DNA from: Vicinamibacterales bacterium
GTDB taxonomy: Bacteria > Acidobacteriota > Vicinamibacteria > Vicinamibacterales > JAMQPK01
Assembly: GCA_963787755.1 (NCBI GenBank)
Contig: CAWBEG010000002.1
Coordinates: 351,101 to 415,100, forward strand
Reading direction: 5' to 3'
Length of the DNA stretch: 64,000 nucleotides
Positions 21,103-30,075 of this stretch are shown here, one piece after another. The position numbers and the translations under genes are program-made. Position 1 is the stretch's first letter; the number at the start of each line of letters is the position of its first letter. Under the pieces are notes generated by a model. That model was not told where the DNA came from and ran no database searches. It saw only the letters and a list, made by a program, of their open reading frames with translations.

Positions 21103-21795
21103 ATGGGCATCAGAGAACGTCAAAGCCGAGAACGCGATACGGTTCGCCGGAAGATTCTAAACGCGGCGCGGACGCTCTTCCTCAATGAGAGCTACGCCAA
21201 CGTATCGATGCGCAAAATTGCCGAACAGATTGAATATAGCCCGGGAGCCATTTACAGCTACTTCACCAGCAAGGAAGACATCTTCTTCGCGCTGGCCGAG
21301 GAGGGGCTGCAGGTTGTCCGCGCGCATTGCTCGGCCGCCTCGCATGCGAACTCGCCGCTCGACCGTGTTCGCGACGTCTTCTGGCGGTTTTACACCTTCA
21401 GCAAGGAACAGCCCGAGTATTTTTCGTTGATCTTCGTCGACAGCGCGGTCCCACGCATCAGCCGCGATTGGGAACGATTCAGCTCAATGCGCGAGCTTCG
21501 CCATGACATCGAGCACGATATTCAGCTGTGCATCGACGAGGGCGTGTTTCCCGGCGTCGAGGCGCCGGGCGCGGTGTTCAGGCTGCTCTGGACGGCGGCG
21601 TACGGCGTCGCCGTATTCCGTCTGAGCCATCGTCTTGCTCCAGGGGAAGACAGCGACGCGCTCGCGCACGATCTCCTCGATGCGACGATCGCCGGCTTGC
21701 GTCACGGCATCGATCTGCGCTTCTCCGCAGCATCAGATACACGCGAGCCGCTCCAAGAGGGAGAAGCGTTCGCGAATCTGGAAACTGGAACCTGA
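21103..21795 (+). CDS. TetR/AcrR family transcriptional regulator
   Basis: The helix-turn-helix is ILNAARTLFLNESYANVSMRKIAEQIEYSPGAIYSYFTSKEDIF. ATG at 21103 is preceded by AAGGGG (alternative GTG at 21076). Confidence 0.85.
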   Translation: MGIRERQSRERDTVRRKILNAARTLFLNESYANVSMRKIAEQIEYSPGAIYSYFTSKEDIFFALAEEGLQVVRAHCSAASHANSPLDRVRDVFWRFYTFSKEQPEYFSLIFVDSAVPRISRDWERFSSMRELRHDIEHDIQLCIDEGVFPGVEAPGAVFRLLWTAAYGVAVFRLSHRLAPGEDSDALAHDLLDATIAGLRHGIDLRFSAASDTREPLQEGEAFANLETGT

Positions 21796-21813
21796 ATCCA
21801 GCTGCTAGCTCGT

Positions 21814-22110
21814 AGAGGCGCGCTCGGTCACGCCTTTTGCGATTTCCTCCGCAACCTCGGTCTGCAGCAACAGCGCGTCGGTCATCACACGGTCGAACGT
21901 GCGTGCCCACAAGATGCGTTTCTTCCTCTGATTCTATGAGCTGTGCGGTGATGCGCACGCGATCCCCGTCGCGGCGCACATGCCCTTCGACGAGATAGGC
22001 GGCGCTGAGCGCCCGGCCGATTTCGGCTGCGCCTCCCATCCGTGAAGCCATCGGAGGGACCAAACGGCAGCACCGCGAGCCGCGCGCGACGAGACCGAGG
22101 CGCCGTTGAA
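21814..22110 (-). pseudogene. Decayed remnant of a TolB-N-like/regulatory domain gene
   Basis: Motifs typical of that family occur in different frames with the middle missing: (A)VLPFGPSDGFTDG, then IGRALSAAYLVEGHVRRDGDRVRITAQLIESEEETHL, then (W)ARTFDRVMTDALLLQTEVAEEIAKGV. Confidence 0.35.
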
Positions 22111-22166
22111 GCGTGTTCCGCAAGCCTAGGAGCTGGTCGTCTGAATTAAGATAGGCCGGAGTCCCT

Positions 22167-23113
22167 ATGATCCGTCACGATTGGACGACCGAACACGTCG
22201 AAGCCCTGTATCATCTTCCGCTCACCGAGCTGCTTTTTCGCGCCCAGACGGTTCATCGCCAGCATCACGATCCCACTTACGTTCAGCGCTGCACGTTGCT
22301 GAGCATCAAGACCGGCGGCTGTCCCGAAGATTGCGCGGTACTGTTCGCAGAGCGCCCACTATGAAACAGGAGTGGCGCGCACCGGGCTGATGGACCGCGA
22401 AGCCGGTACTAGCGGCCGCGCGCACTGCGAGAGACAACGGATCGACACGCTTCTGCATGGGTGCCGCGTGGCGTGACGTGCCTGACGGCGCCGCGTTCGA
22501 CGCCGTGCTGGATATGGTGCAGGAAGTTGCGGCGCTTGGCATGGAGGTGTGCACGACGCTCGGCATGCTGACGCTCGAGCAGGCGCACCGGCTCAAATCG
22601 GCCGGCCTCACGGCCTACAACCACAATCTCGATACGTCAGCGGAGTTCTATCCCAGGATCATTACCACGCGCACGTATCAGGATCGCCTCGACACGCTTC
22701 AACATGTACAGGATGCGGGTCTCAGCGTCTGCTGCGGCGGCATCATCGGCATCGGCGAGTCGTCGCGCGATCGCTGCGCGATGCTCGCGCAGCTCGGCCG
22801 TCTCGATCCGCATCCCGAGAGCCTGCCGGTGAACGTGCTCGCGCGCGCTCCCGGGACGCCGCTCGCCGATGCGGAGGATCTCGATCCGATCGAGCTGGTC
22901 CGCACGATTGCGTCTGCGCGGCTGGTCGCACCGAAGGCGCGCGTGCGATTGTCGGCAGGGCGGCTCGCGTTGTCTGACGAAGCGCAGGCGTTGTGTTTCG
23001 TCGCGGGCGCCAATTCCATTTTCTCGGGCGAGAAGCTGCTGACTGCGCCAAACCCCGCGGTCGACGACGATCAGCAGCTGATGAACCGGCTGGGCCTCCG
23101 ATTTCAGGCATGA
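22167..23113 (+). CDS. bioB: Biotin synthase, frame broken twice
   Basis: [14 protein letters not shown](Y)C is the radical-SAM motif, followed by MGAAWRDV..., YNHNLDTS and [10 protein letters not shown]. Breaks occur at about 22340 (gcGGta) and about 22405 (gaagCCgg), each a one-base excess in a G/C run. Confidence 0.85.
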
Positions 23114-24276
23114 ATCCACGGCAGGAATTTGAAGATCGTCTTGCAGCCGCGCTCGCCGAGCTGCGAGGCGCGGGCCTGCTGCGACAAATGCGGCTCCCGA
23201 TCGGGATCGATCTTGTCTCGAACGACTACCTCGGGCTTGCCGAACATCCGCATTTAAGAGAGAGAATGCGCGCCAGCGTCGCCGACCTTCCCGCCGGGTC
23301 CGGCGGTTCGCGCCTTCTGCGTGGTCATCATGAAATATTCGAGATCATCGAAGAGCGGCTCGCAGCGTTCACGGGTTCCGAGTCCGCGTTGCTCTTTGGA
23401 TCCGGATACGCAGCCAATATCGGGCTGCTGCAGGCCGTCGTGTCGACAGACGATCTGATCGTGTCCGATGCGCGCAACCATGCGAGTCTCATCGACGGCA
23501 TCCGTCTGACGAAGGCGGCGACCGCGATTTATCCGCACCAGGACTTGAACGCGCTCGAGGCGGTGCTTTCACAACCCCGCAGAGGGCGCGCGCTGGTCAT
23601 CACCGAAAGCGTGTTCAGCATGGATGGCGATCTGACGCCACTGCGCGAGATCTGCGATATCGCCGAGCGCGCGCGTGCCGTCGTCATCGTCGACGAGGCG
23701 CACGCGACGGGGATGTACGGGTCGCGCGGATCGGGACGCGTCGAAGAGCTTGGCCTGCGCGATCGTGTCGTCGCCACGATGCACACAGGAGGGAAGGCGC
23801 TGGGCTCCGGCGGCGCGTGGGTGGCCGGATCGCGCGCGCTGCGCGATGTGATGGTGAATCGTGCGCGCTCGTTCATTTTTTCGACGGCGCCGCTGCCCGT
23901 CCTGGGTGCGGCGCTTGGCGCGGGGCTGCATCTCGTCGAGCGCGAGCCGGAGCGGCGGCGCGAGGCGCACCGGAAGGCGTGCGTATTGAGAGGTGCGCTT
24001 CGTGAAAATGGCGTGCAGGCCGACGGCGAGTCGATGATCGTGCCGATCATCGCGGGCGCGAACGAGGCGGCGACAGCTTTGCAGTCTGGTTTGTCGGCCG
24101 CCGGCTTCGATGTGCGCGCCATCCGACCGCCGTCGGTGCCTGCGGGCACCGCGCGGTTGCGTGTGACCGTCCGCTATCCTGTGGCCGATGCCGATCTGGT
24201 GCGATTCGCGTCCGAGGTCGCGCGACTTACGTATCACGTAAAAATGGGGTCTGACCCTCTTGCCACCAACCCCTGA
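23110..24276 (+). CDS. bioF: 8-amino-7-oxononanoate synthase
   Basis: ATG at 23110 overlaps the bioB stop (ATGA). [23 protein letters not shown] and a [11 protein letters not shown] region containing the PLP lysine are present. Confidence 0.9.
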   Translation: MNPRQEFEDRLAAALAELRGAGLLRQMRLPIGIDLVSNDYLGLAEHPHLRERMRASVADLPAGSGGSRLLRGHHEIFEIIEERLAAFTGSESALLFGSGYAANIGLLQAVVSTDDLIVSDARNHASLIDGIRLTKAATAIYPHQDLNALEAVLSQPRRGRALVITESVFSMDGDLTPLREICDIAERARAVVIVDEAHATGMYGSRGSGRVEELGLRDRVVATMHTGGKALGSGGAWVAGSRALRDVMVNRARSFIFSTAPLPVLGAALGAGLHLVEREPERRREAHRKACVLRGALRENGVQADGESMIVPIIAGANEAATALQSGLSAAGFDVRAIRPPSVPAGTARLRVTVRYPVADADLVRFASEVARLTYHVKMGSDPLATNP

Positions 24277-25625
24277 GGATATTCGACGCTGGGATGCGGA
24301 CCATGTCTGGCATCCGTTTACCCAGATGCGCGAATACCTCGCCACCGAGCCGCTGGTTGTCGTGCGCGCGGAGGGCAACTACCTCATAGACGATCGCGGC
24401 AGGCGCCTGCTCGACGGCACATCGGCGCTGTGGTGCAACCTTCTCGGACACCGCGTTCCAGAAATCGACGCTGCGGTTAGCTATCAGCTTGGACGATTTG
24501 CGCACACCACGCTGCTGGGTACGACCCATCCGGCAGTGGCCGAGCTTGCGCGGCGGCTCGTCGAGATCGCCCCGGGCGGGCTGAATCACGTGTTCTTCTC
24601 AGACAACGGCGCCACGGCCGTGGAAGCCGCGCTGAAGATGGCGTTCCAGTACCGGCTGCTCACGCAGGGCAGCGAGGCCGCAAAACACGCGGTCTATCTG
24701 AGCCTCGGCAACGCGTATCACGGCGACACGCTTGGCGCCGCGGCTGTCGGCGGCGTCGAGCTCTTCCACGACATCTTCAAGCCAATCCTGCTTCCGTCGC
24801 TGAAGACACCGTCTCCGGTACTGCTATCGATGTCCGGTTGGAAAGACGCCGTCGGACTGCTCGATCGATTGCGCCGATGAACTGGAGCAGGCGCTGCGCC
24901 GCGCGGAGGGTCGTGTGTGTGCCGTGATTCTCGAGCCTGGCGTCCAGGCCGCTGCTGGGATGCTGACGCTGCCGTCAGGTTTTCTGTCGCGCGCCGCCGA
25001 GGCGTGCCGCGCGCACGGCGCGCTGCTGATTCTCGATGAGGTCGCCACGGGATTCGGCCGCACGGGAACGATGTTCGCGTGTCAACGCGAGGGAGTGACG
25101 CCGGACCTGATGTGTGTCGCGAAAGGGCTGACGGGCGGCTATCTTCCTGTGGCAGCCACTCTGGCCACCGATCGGGTCTACGACGCGTTTCTCGGGCGTT
25201 ACGATGAATACCGCCATTTTTTTCACGGCCACACTTACACGGGCAACGCGCTCGGGTGTGCCGCGGCGCTGGCGACGCTCGGGCTGCTGTCGGATGGTGT
25301 CATCGTCGGCGCGGTCGAGCAGAAGGCGGGAGTGCTGCGAGATGCCCTTGCGCCGCTTGCCGCGCATCGCCACGTCGGCGACATCCGGCAGGCCGGTCTC
25401 ATGTGCGGCATCGAGATCGTCTCCAATCGCGAGACGAAAGCGTCGTTTGCGCCAGGCGAGCGCAATGGATACCACATCTGTCTCGCGCTTCGCGATCGAG
25501 GAATTTTCCTTCGGCCGCTCGGTGATGTGATCGTGCTGATGCCGCCCTTGTCGGTGACCGACGCTGAGCTCCGGCATCTCGCTGCATCAGTCCACGCAGT
25601 CGTCGTGGAGCGATTCGGTGCGTGA
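24260..25625 (+). CDS. bioA: Adenosylmethionine-8-amino-7-oxononanoate aminotransferase, frame broken
   Basis: TTG start. HVWHPFTQM, FFSDNGATAVEAALKMA, LILDEVATGFGRTG, CVAKGLTGGY and HGHTYTGN are present. The frame changes near 24850-24900. Confidence 0.85.
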
Positions 25626-26277
25626 CCTGCTTGTGACCGGAACCGATACCGGCGTCGGCAAGACGATGATTGCCGCTGCGCTCGTGACCGCCTTACGCGC
25701 CCGCGGGCTGCGCGCGTTGGGATTCAAACCTGCGGAAACGGGAGTGGGCGCTGACCACCGGACAGACTCGGACGTGCTGGCGGACGCCTCGGGAGAGCAG
25801 AACGTGCTGGCGCGCCCACTTCTGCAACTCGCTGAGGCGCTCGCGCCGGCAATCGCCGCCGAGCGTGCCGGGGTAACCCTCGATCGCGACGACATCGAAG
25901 CGCGAATCAGACGGTTGCGGAACGACGGCTACACGCTGGTCGTCGAGGGGGCAGGGGGAGTCATGGTGCCGCTGAGTTGGGGCTATACCGTCCTCGACCT
26001 TGCTCAGGCGTGCGACCTCGATGCCGTCGTCGTCGCCCGCGCCGGCCTCGGCACGCTGAATCACGTCGTCATGACAGTAATGATGCTGCGGTCACACCAG
26101 ATACCCATCCGCGGCATTGTCTTGAACGGGCGAAATGCAGAGCCCGACGTGGCGGAAGCGACGAACCCTTACGCTCTGAGCCGGATGCTCCAAGGCGTCC
26201 GCATCCTTGAAATCCCGTATGACGCGTCAGGCGCGCCTATTACGGTCGCAGCAGGGCTCGTCGATGGACTTCTCTAG
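25618..26277 (+). CDS. bioD: Dethiobiotin synthetase
   Basis: The GTG start overlaps the bioA end. LLVTGTDTGVGKT is the P-loop, and VVEGAGG is present. Confidence 0.9.
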   Translation: MRDLLVTGTDTGVGKTMIAAALVTALRARGLRALGFKPAETGVGADHRTDSDVLADASGEQNVLARPLLQLAEALAPAIAAERAGVTLDRDDIEARIRRLRNDGYTLVVEGAGGVMVPLSWGYTVLDLAQACDLDAVVVARAGLGTLNHVVMTVMMLRSHQIPIRGIVLNGRNAEPDVAEATNPYALSRMLQGVRILEIPYDASGAPITVAAGLVDGLL

Positions 26278-26442
26278 TCCCAAAGTGCACCTTTGAGGTT
26301 CAAAACAGCACACACAGGTAATTGCTAGTATTTCGGCGCAAATTCGCGCCTTCTGCCAGATAGACCAGGAATGGGCCATATTGAGTGTTCAGTAATGCTC
26401 TAATGTCATTTCAGTGTCTAAAGAGTCATCTTTACATGTCTT

Positions 26443-26478
26443 GCCTATAACTCATGTTTATACAATGAGTTATAAGGC
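26443..26478. promoter_or_regulatory. Near-perfect inverted repeat in the AT-rich leader of the first subtilase gene (candidate operator)
   Basis: gcctataactcat (26443-26455), a 9-nt spacer, then atgagttataaggc (26465-26478). It lies about 55-90 nt upstream of ATG 26532 and overlaps a TACAAT hexamer. Confidence 0.35.
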
Positions 26479-26531
26479 ATATGTATTCACTATGGTCACG
26501 TTGGCAGCCCGATTGCTCTTCAAGCTGCCGT

Positions 26532-29072
26532 ATGGATACTCGAATCGCTCGTTTGAGACAAATAGTGATGGTTCTTGGGGTGACAGCGTTGGCTGTTCCC
26601 GGCGCTGCATACGCGCAAGCGGCACCCGATGCGAAGCTCGACGAGTCGCTTCGGGAGTCCGTCGAACGTGGGTGCGTCGGAACCCAGCCGGTCATCATCA
26701 GGACTAAACGCGGCTATCGCCAGGCAGTTCGGGATTCGCTGACAGCCCACGGCGATGTCATCAAAGGGGAGTTTCCCTCGCTCGATGCGATCGCGGCCGT
26801 CGTCCACTGCGACGACCTCTCGACGCTTCCGGCGTTCGACTTAGTCTTGTCCGTTTCGCTGAACGGCCCCGTAGCCGTCCAGGGGCTGACCGTGCCGATC
26901 TTGACCAGCACGGCGCAGCCAGCCGTCACGACCGCGCGTGCGACCCTCGTGGCAGCAAAGGCCAGCGCGCTCGAGGCGCAAAAGGCTGTGGGCGAGGCGG
27001 AGAAGGCCGCAGCGCTTGCCAACTCGCAGGTCACCGCGGCGAAGGAGGCGTTGATCGTCGCCAACCGCCTGACGGGCGATGCGAAAATCACGGTGATTGC
27101 GACGGCGCAGGCAAAGCTGGTGCAGGCAGAGGCCGTTCAGGACGCTGCACAGAATACGCTGGAGACGGTGCGCAGGACCGCAACCGGTTTGCAGGCGTCG
27201 GCGCTCAACGCGCAGAAGGCATTCGTCGATGCACAGGAACAGTCTCTGGGAGGAGTATTGTCGATCCGCGAGCGCGAAGGCAAAGCAGCGCGTTCGCTGA
27301 AGAAGAAGTTTTTCGCGACGATGCCCGTCCGGGCATCGCAATTCCACACCGATGCCGAGTTCGATAACGAGACCGTCGACTACACCTCGCTCGAGGCGTA
27401 CACGCAGACCGGTGGCGGCGCCGGCGTTGGCGTGGCCGTTGTCGACTCGGGTATCGAGCCGGGCACCGACTTCGACAGTCGGATTGCGGCGTTCTACGAC
27501 TTCACGCACGGCGACATCCGCGCAGTGACACCCATGGATCCGTACGGCCATGGCTCGCACGTCGCGGGGTTGATCGCGAGTGAGTTCGTTGGCGTCGCAC
27601 CCAACGCGCGGCTGATTGGCCTGCGCGTGCTCAATGAGGAGGGGCAGGGCGACACGGCGAACGTCGTGCGCGCCATCGAGTTCGCGATTGCGAACAAGGA
27701 CCTGCTCGGCATCGACGTCTTGAATCTCTCGCTCGGCCATCCGATTTATGAGCCGGCAGCGAGCGACCCGCTCGTGCAGGCCGTCGAGCACGCGACGCGT
27801 GAGGGCATCGTCGTCGTGGTTTCGGCCGGCAACTTCGGTTTGAACAGGAAGACGGGTGTTGCGGGCTACGGCGGCATCACATCGCCCGGCAACGCTCCAT
27901 CGGCGCTGACGGCAGGCGCCGTGCGCACGTTCAATACCGTGACTCGCGTCGACGACCGCGTTGCGCCCTACAGCTCGCGCGGGCCTTCGTGGTACGACGG
28001 CTTCGCAAAGCCCGACTTCGTCGCGCCCGGCGATAACCTGCTTTCTATCGCAGCCGCCGGCAGCGCACTTCGCCTGGCACAGGAACAGCGCGGTAATACC
28101 GGGAATTACATGCGCCTCTCGGGCACCAGCATGGCGGCTGGCGTCGCGAGCGGCGTCGTGGCGCTCGTGCTGCAAGCCAACGGCGATCTGACACCGAACG
28201 CGGTGAAAGCCGTGCTCGAGTACACCTCGATTCCGGTGCTCGACGACGACGGCAGCCGGTTCGATCCGCTCGCGCAGGGCGCCGGCCAGATTGAAGTGAC
28301 TGGATCGGTGGCGCTGGCGCGCGCCATCAATCCGCAGGCGCCCGTCGGAACGCCTTGGTTGTCAACGACGCTGACACCCTCGACCATCATCGGTAACCAG
28401 TCGTATGCCTGGTCGCAGTCGATCATCTGGGGCGCCCGTCGCGTCGTGGGCGAGCAGCTGATGACCGAGCAGCGTCCCGCATGGGGTCTCAACATCATCT
28501 GGGGCGAGGGCCTCGGTAATGAAGACGACAACATCGTCTGGGGGAATAACTTCGGCGATGACGACAACATCGTCTGGGGCAATTCGTTCGACGATGACGA
28601 CAACATCGTCTGGGGCAACAACCTCGTCTGGGGTGAGTCGCTCGGCGACGACGACAACATCGTGTGGGGTAATAAGTTCGACGACGATGACAACATCGTG
28701 TGGGGCAATAGGTTCGACGACGACGACAACATCGTGTGGGGCAACAACATTGTATGGGGCTCGAGCCTCCTCGGCCTTAGCCTCGACGACGACAACATCG
28801 TCTGGGGCAACAGCGACGATGACAACATCGTGTGGGGGAACCTCGACGACGACAACATCGTGTGGGGCAATCTCTACGACGACAACATTGTGTGGGGCAA
28901 CAGCGACGACGACAACATCGTCTGGGGTAACGACCTGGGTGATGACGACAATATCGTGTGGGGCAACACCTCGCAGCTCGGCAGTGTGTTCAAGTGGAGC
29001 GGCGGGTTTGTCTCAAGTAAAGCGTCGGACGCACGCGCTCGGCGTACCGTCCGCAGGGGAGGGGTGAACTAG
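26532..29072 (+). CDS. Secreted S8 subtilisin-like serine protease with an Ala-rich coiled-coil insert and a C-terminal DDDNIVWGN repeat array
   Basis: The signal peptide is MDTRIARLRQIVMVLGVTALAVPGAAYAQA, followed by an I9-like propeptide. The catalytic motifs are VAVVDSGI (Asp), YGHGSHVAG (His), SAGNFG and SGTSMAAG (Ser). The protein ends in 12 full DDNIVWGN units. Confidence 0.85.
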   Translation: MDTRIARLRQIVMVLGVTALAVPGAAYAQAAPDAKLDESLRESVERGCVGTQPVIIRTKRGYRQAVRDSLTAHGDVIKGEFPSLDAIAAVVHCDDLSTLPAFDLVLSVSLNGPVAVQGLTVPILTSTAQPAVTTARATLVAAKASALEAQKAVGEAEKAAALANSQVTAAKEALIVANRLTGDAKITVIATAQAKLVQAEAVQDAAQNTLETVRRTATGLQASALNAQKAFVDAQEQSLGGVLSIREREGKAARSLKKKFFATMPVRASQFHTDAEFDNETVDYTSLEAYTQTGGGAGVGVAVVDSGIEPGTDFDSRIAAFYDFTHGDIRAVTPMDPYGHGSHVAGLIASEFVGVAPNARLIGLRVLNEEGQGDTANVVRAIEFAIANKDLLGIDVLNLSLGHPIYEPAASDPLVQAVEHATREGIVVVVSAGNFGLNRKTGVAGYGGITSPGNAPSALTAGAVRTFNTVTRVDDRVAPYSSRGPSWYDGFAKPDFVAPGDNLLSIAAAGSALRLAQEQRGNTGNYMRLSGTSMAAGVASGVVALVLQANGDLTPNAVKAVLEYTSIPVLDDDGSRFDPLAQGAGQIEVTGSVALARAINPQAPVGTPWLSTTLTPSTIIGNQSYAWSQSIIWGARRVVGEQLMTEQRPAWGLNIIWGEGLGNEDDNIVWGNNFGDDDNIVWGNSFDDDDNIVWGNNLVWGESLGDDDNIVWGNKFDDDDNIVWGNRFDDDDNIVWGNNIVWGSSLLGLSLDDDNIVWGNSDDDNIVWGNLDDDNIVWGNLYDDNIVWGNSDDDNIVWGNDLGDDDNIVWGNTSQLGSVFKWSGGFVSSKASDARARRTVRRGGVN
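28521..28967 (+). repeat. In-frame tandem coding repeat: 12 full plus 2 short units of (x)1-4 DDDNIVWGN
   Basis: The DNA unit gacgacgacaacatcgt(c/g)tgggg(c/t)aa(c/t) recurs with a 30-36 nt period. The protein reads NEDDNIVWGNNFGDDDNIVWGNSFDDDDNIVWGNNLVWGESLGDDDNIVWGNKFDDDDNIVWGN... Confidence 0.95.
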
Positions 29073-29737
29073 TGGCCACCCACATGCCGTCCACCTCCTC
29101 CTACGCGGAAATGCCCGTGTCCATGGTCAACACGAGCGTCACAGCGGCAGTCAGTTCGGATTGGAAGGCGCAGCTGCCAGTTCTTCAGGCGAAGGGCATC
29201 ACGCTGCGCGAGCTTCGCGTGAGTGATGCGTCCGCTCTGCTCTCACTGCTGACGACCGAAGAAGTGACCCGCTTCATCTCGCCGCCTCCGACGACGGTTG
29301 ATGGCTTCGAGCGGTTCATCCAGTGGGCGCAGCGCGAACGCGAAGCGGGACGATATATCTGCTTCGCGGTCGTGCCCGCCGGCTGCGACACGGCAGTGGG
29401 ACTCTTTCAGATTCGGCAGTTGGATTCGACGTTCGGTACCGCCGAATGGGGCTTTGCGCTCGGCTCGGCATTCTGGGGGTCCGGCCTGTTCGTGTCCGGT
29501 GCGGAGCTCATGATTGATTTCGCGTTCGATGTAGTTGGCGTGCATCGGTTGGAAGCTCGGGCTGCGGTCGAGAACGGCCGAGGCAATGGCGCGCTACGCA
29601 AGATTGGCGCAGTGCAGGAGGGTGTTTTGAGAAAGTCATTCCTTCGTAACGGTCGATTCCTGGATCAAGCCCTGTGGGCGATTCTTCCCGAAGACCGCTA
29701 TCGTCCGAAAGCGGTCTGGGGCTCGAAGGTTAACTAG
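29072..29737 (+). CDS. GNAT N-acetyltransferase, RimJ/RimL (Acetyltransf_3)-like, translationally coupled to the subtilase
   Basis: GTG at 29072 overlaps the protease TAG by 1 nt (TAGTG). LRELRVSDASALLSLL, WGFALGSAFWGSG, VHRLEARAAVENGRGNGALRKIGAVQEGVLRKSF are present. There is no signal peptide. Confidence 0.85.
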   Translation: MATHMPSTSSYAEMPVSMVNTSVTAAVSSDWKAQLPVLQAKGITLRELRVSDASALLSLLTTEEVTRFISPPPTTVDGFERFIQWAQREREAGRYICFAVVPAGCDTAVGLFQIRQLDSTFGTAEWGFALGSAFWGSGLFVSGAELMIDFAFDVVGVHRLEARAAVENGRGNGALRKIGAVQEGVLRKSFLRNGRFLDQALWAILPEDRYRPKAVWGSKVN

Positions 29738-30075
29738 CTATCAGTCGTTTTTCCGGTCGCTCCCCCTCACGCGACAGCAGAGCTCGGACTCGCGCCCAAA
29801 ACGCGGGTCCGACTGTTTCCGTCGACGTGTTCGCCGTTCCAAAGAGACAACTCGTGCGCCGGACGGCACACGCTCCAAGAGCCTCGAAATCCCAGCAAAA
29901 TCGAAAGTTTCTCCATTGATCGCAGATTTTTCGATCGCGGCGTTTTCAAAATTACATAGAAGGCATGCGGCGCTGCCCGAGGTTCTGTTGCCGTTAATCA
30001 CCCTAATATCCACGGCTGCCACAATTTAGCGAATACCAGTCCCAGCCCATAACGACGTGGTCACCGCCTTGCTCT

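Noticed and set aside
28106-28870. A 254-aa minus-strand ORF with PHTMLSSS repeats.
   Set aside because: It is the antisense reading of the DDNIVWGN coding repeat. It has no start context and is entirely overlapped by the protease gene.
28521-28967. The regularly spaced ~24-nt repeats could be mistaken for a CRISPR array.
   Set aside because: The repeats are in frame inside an S8 protease ORF and encode DDDNIVWGN. The 'spacers' are only 6-12 nt of related coding sequence. No leader or cas genes are present, and the same motif occurs in the paralog.
29741-30022. A 93-aa minus-strand ORF in the spacer between the two cassettes.
   Set aside because: It lies in the AT-richer promoter region of the second protease. 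It has no RBS, no motif and an odd composition, so it is probably non-coding.
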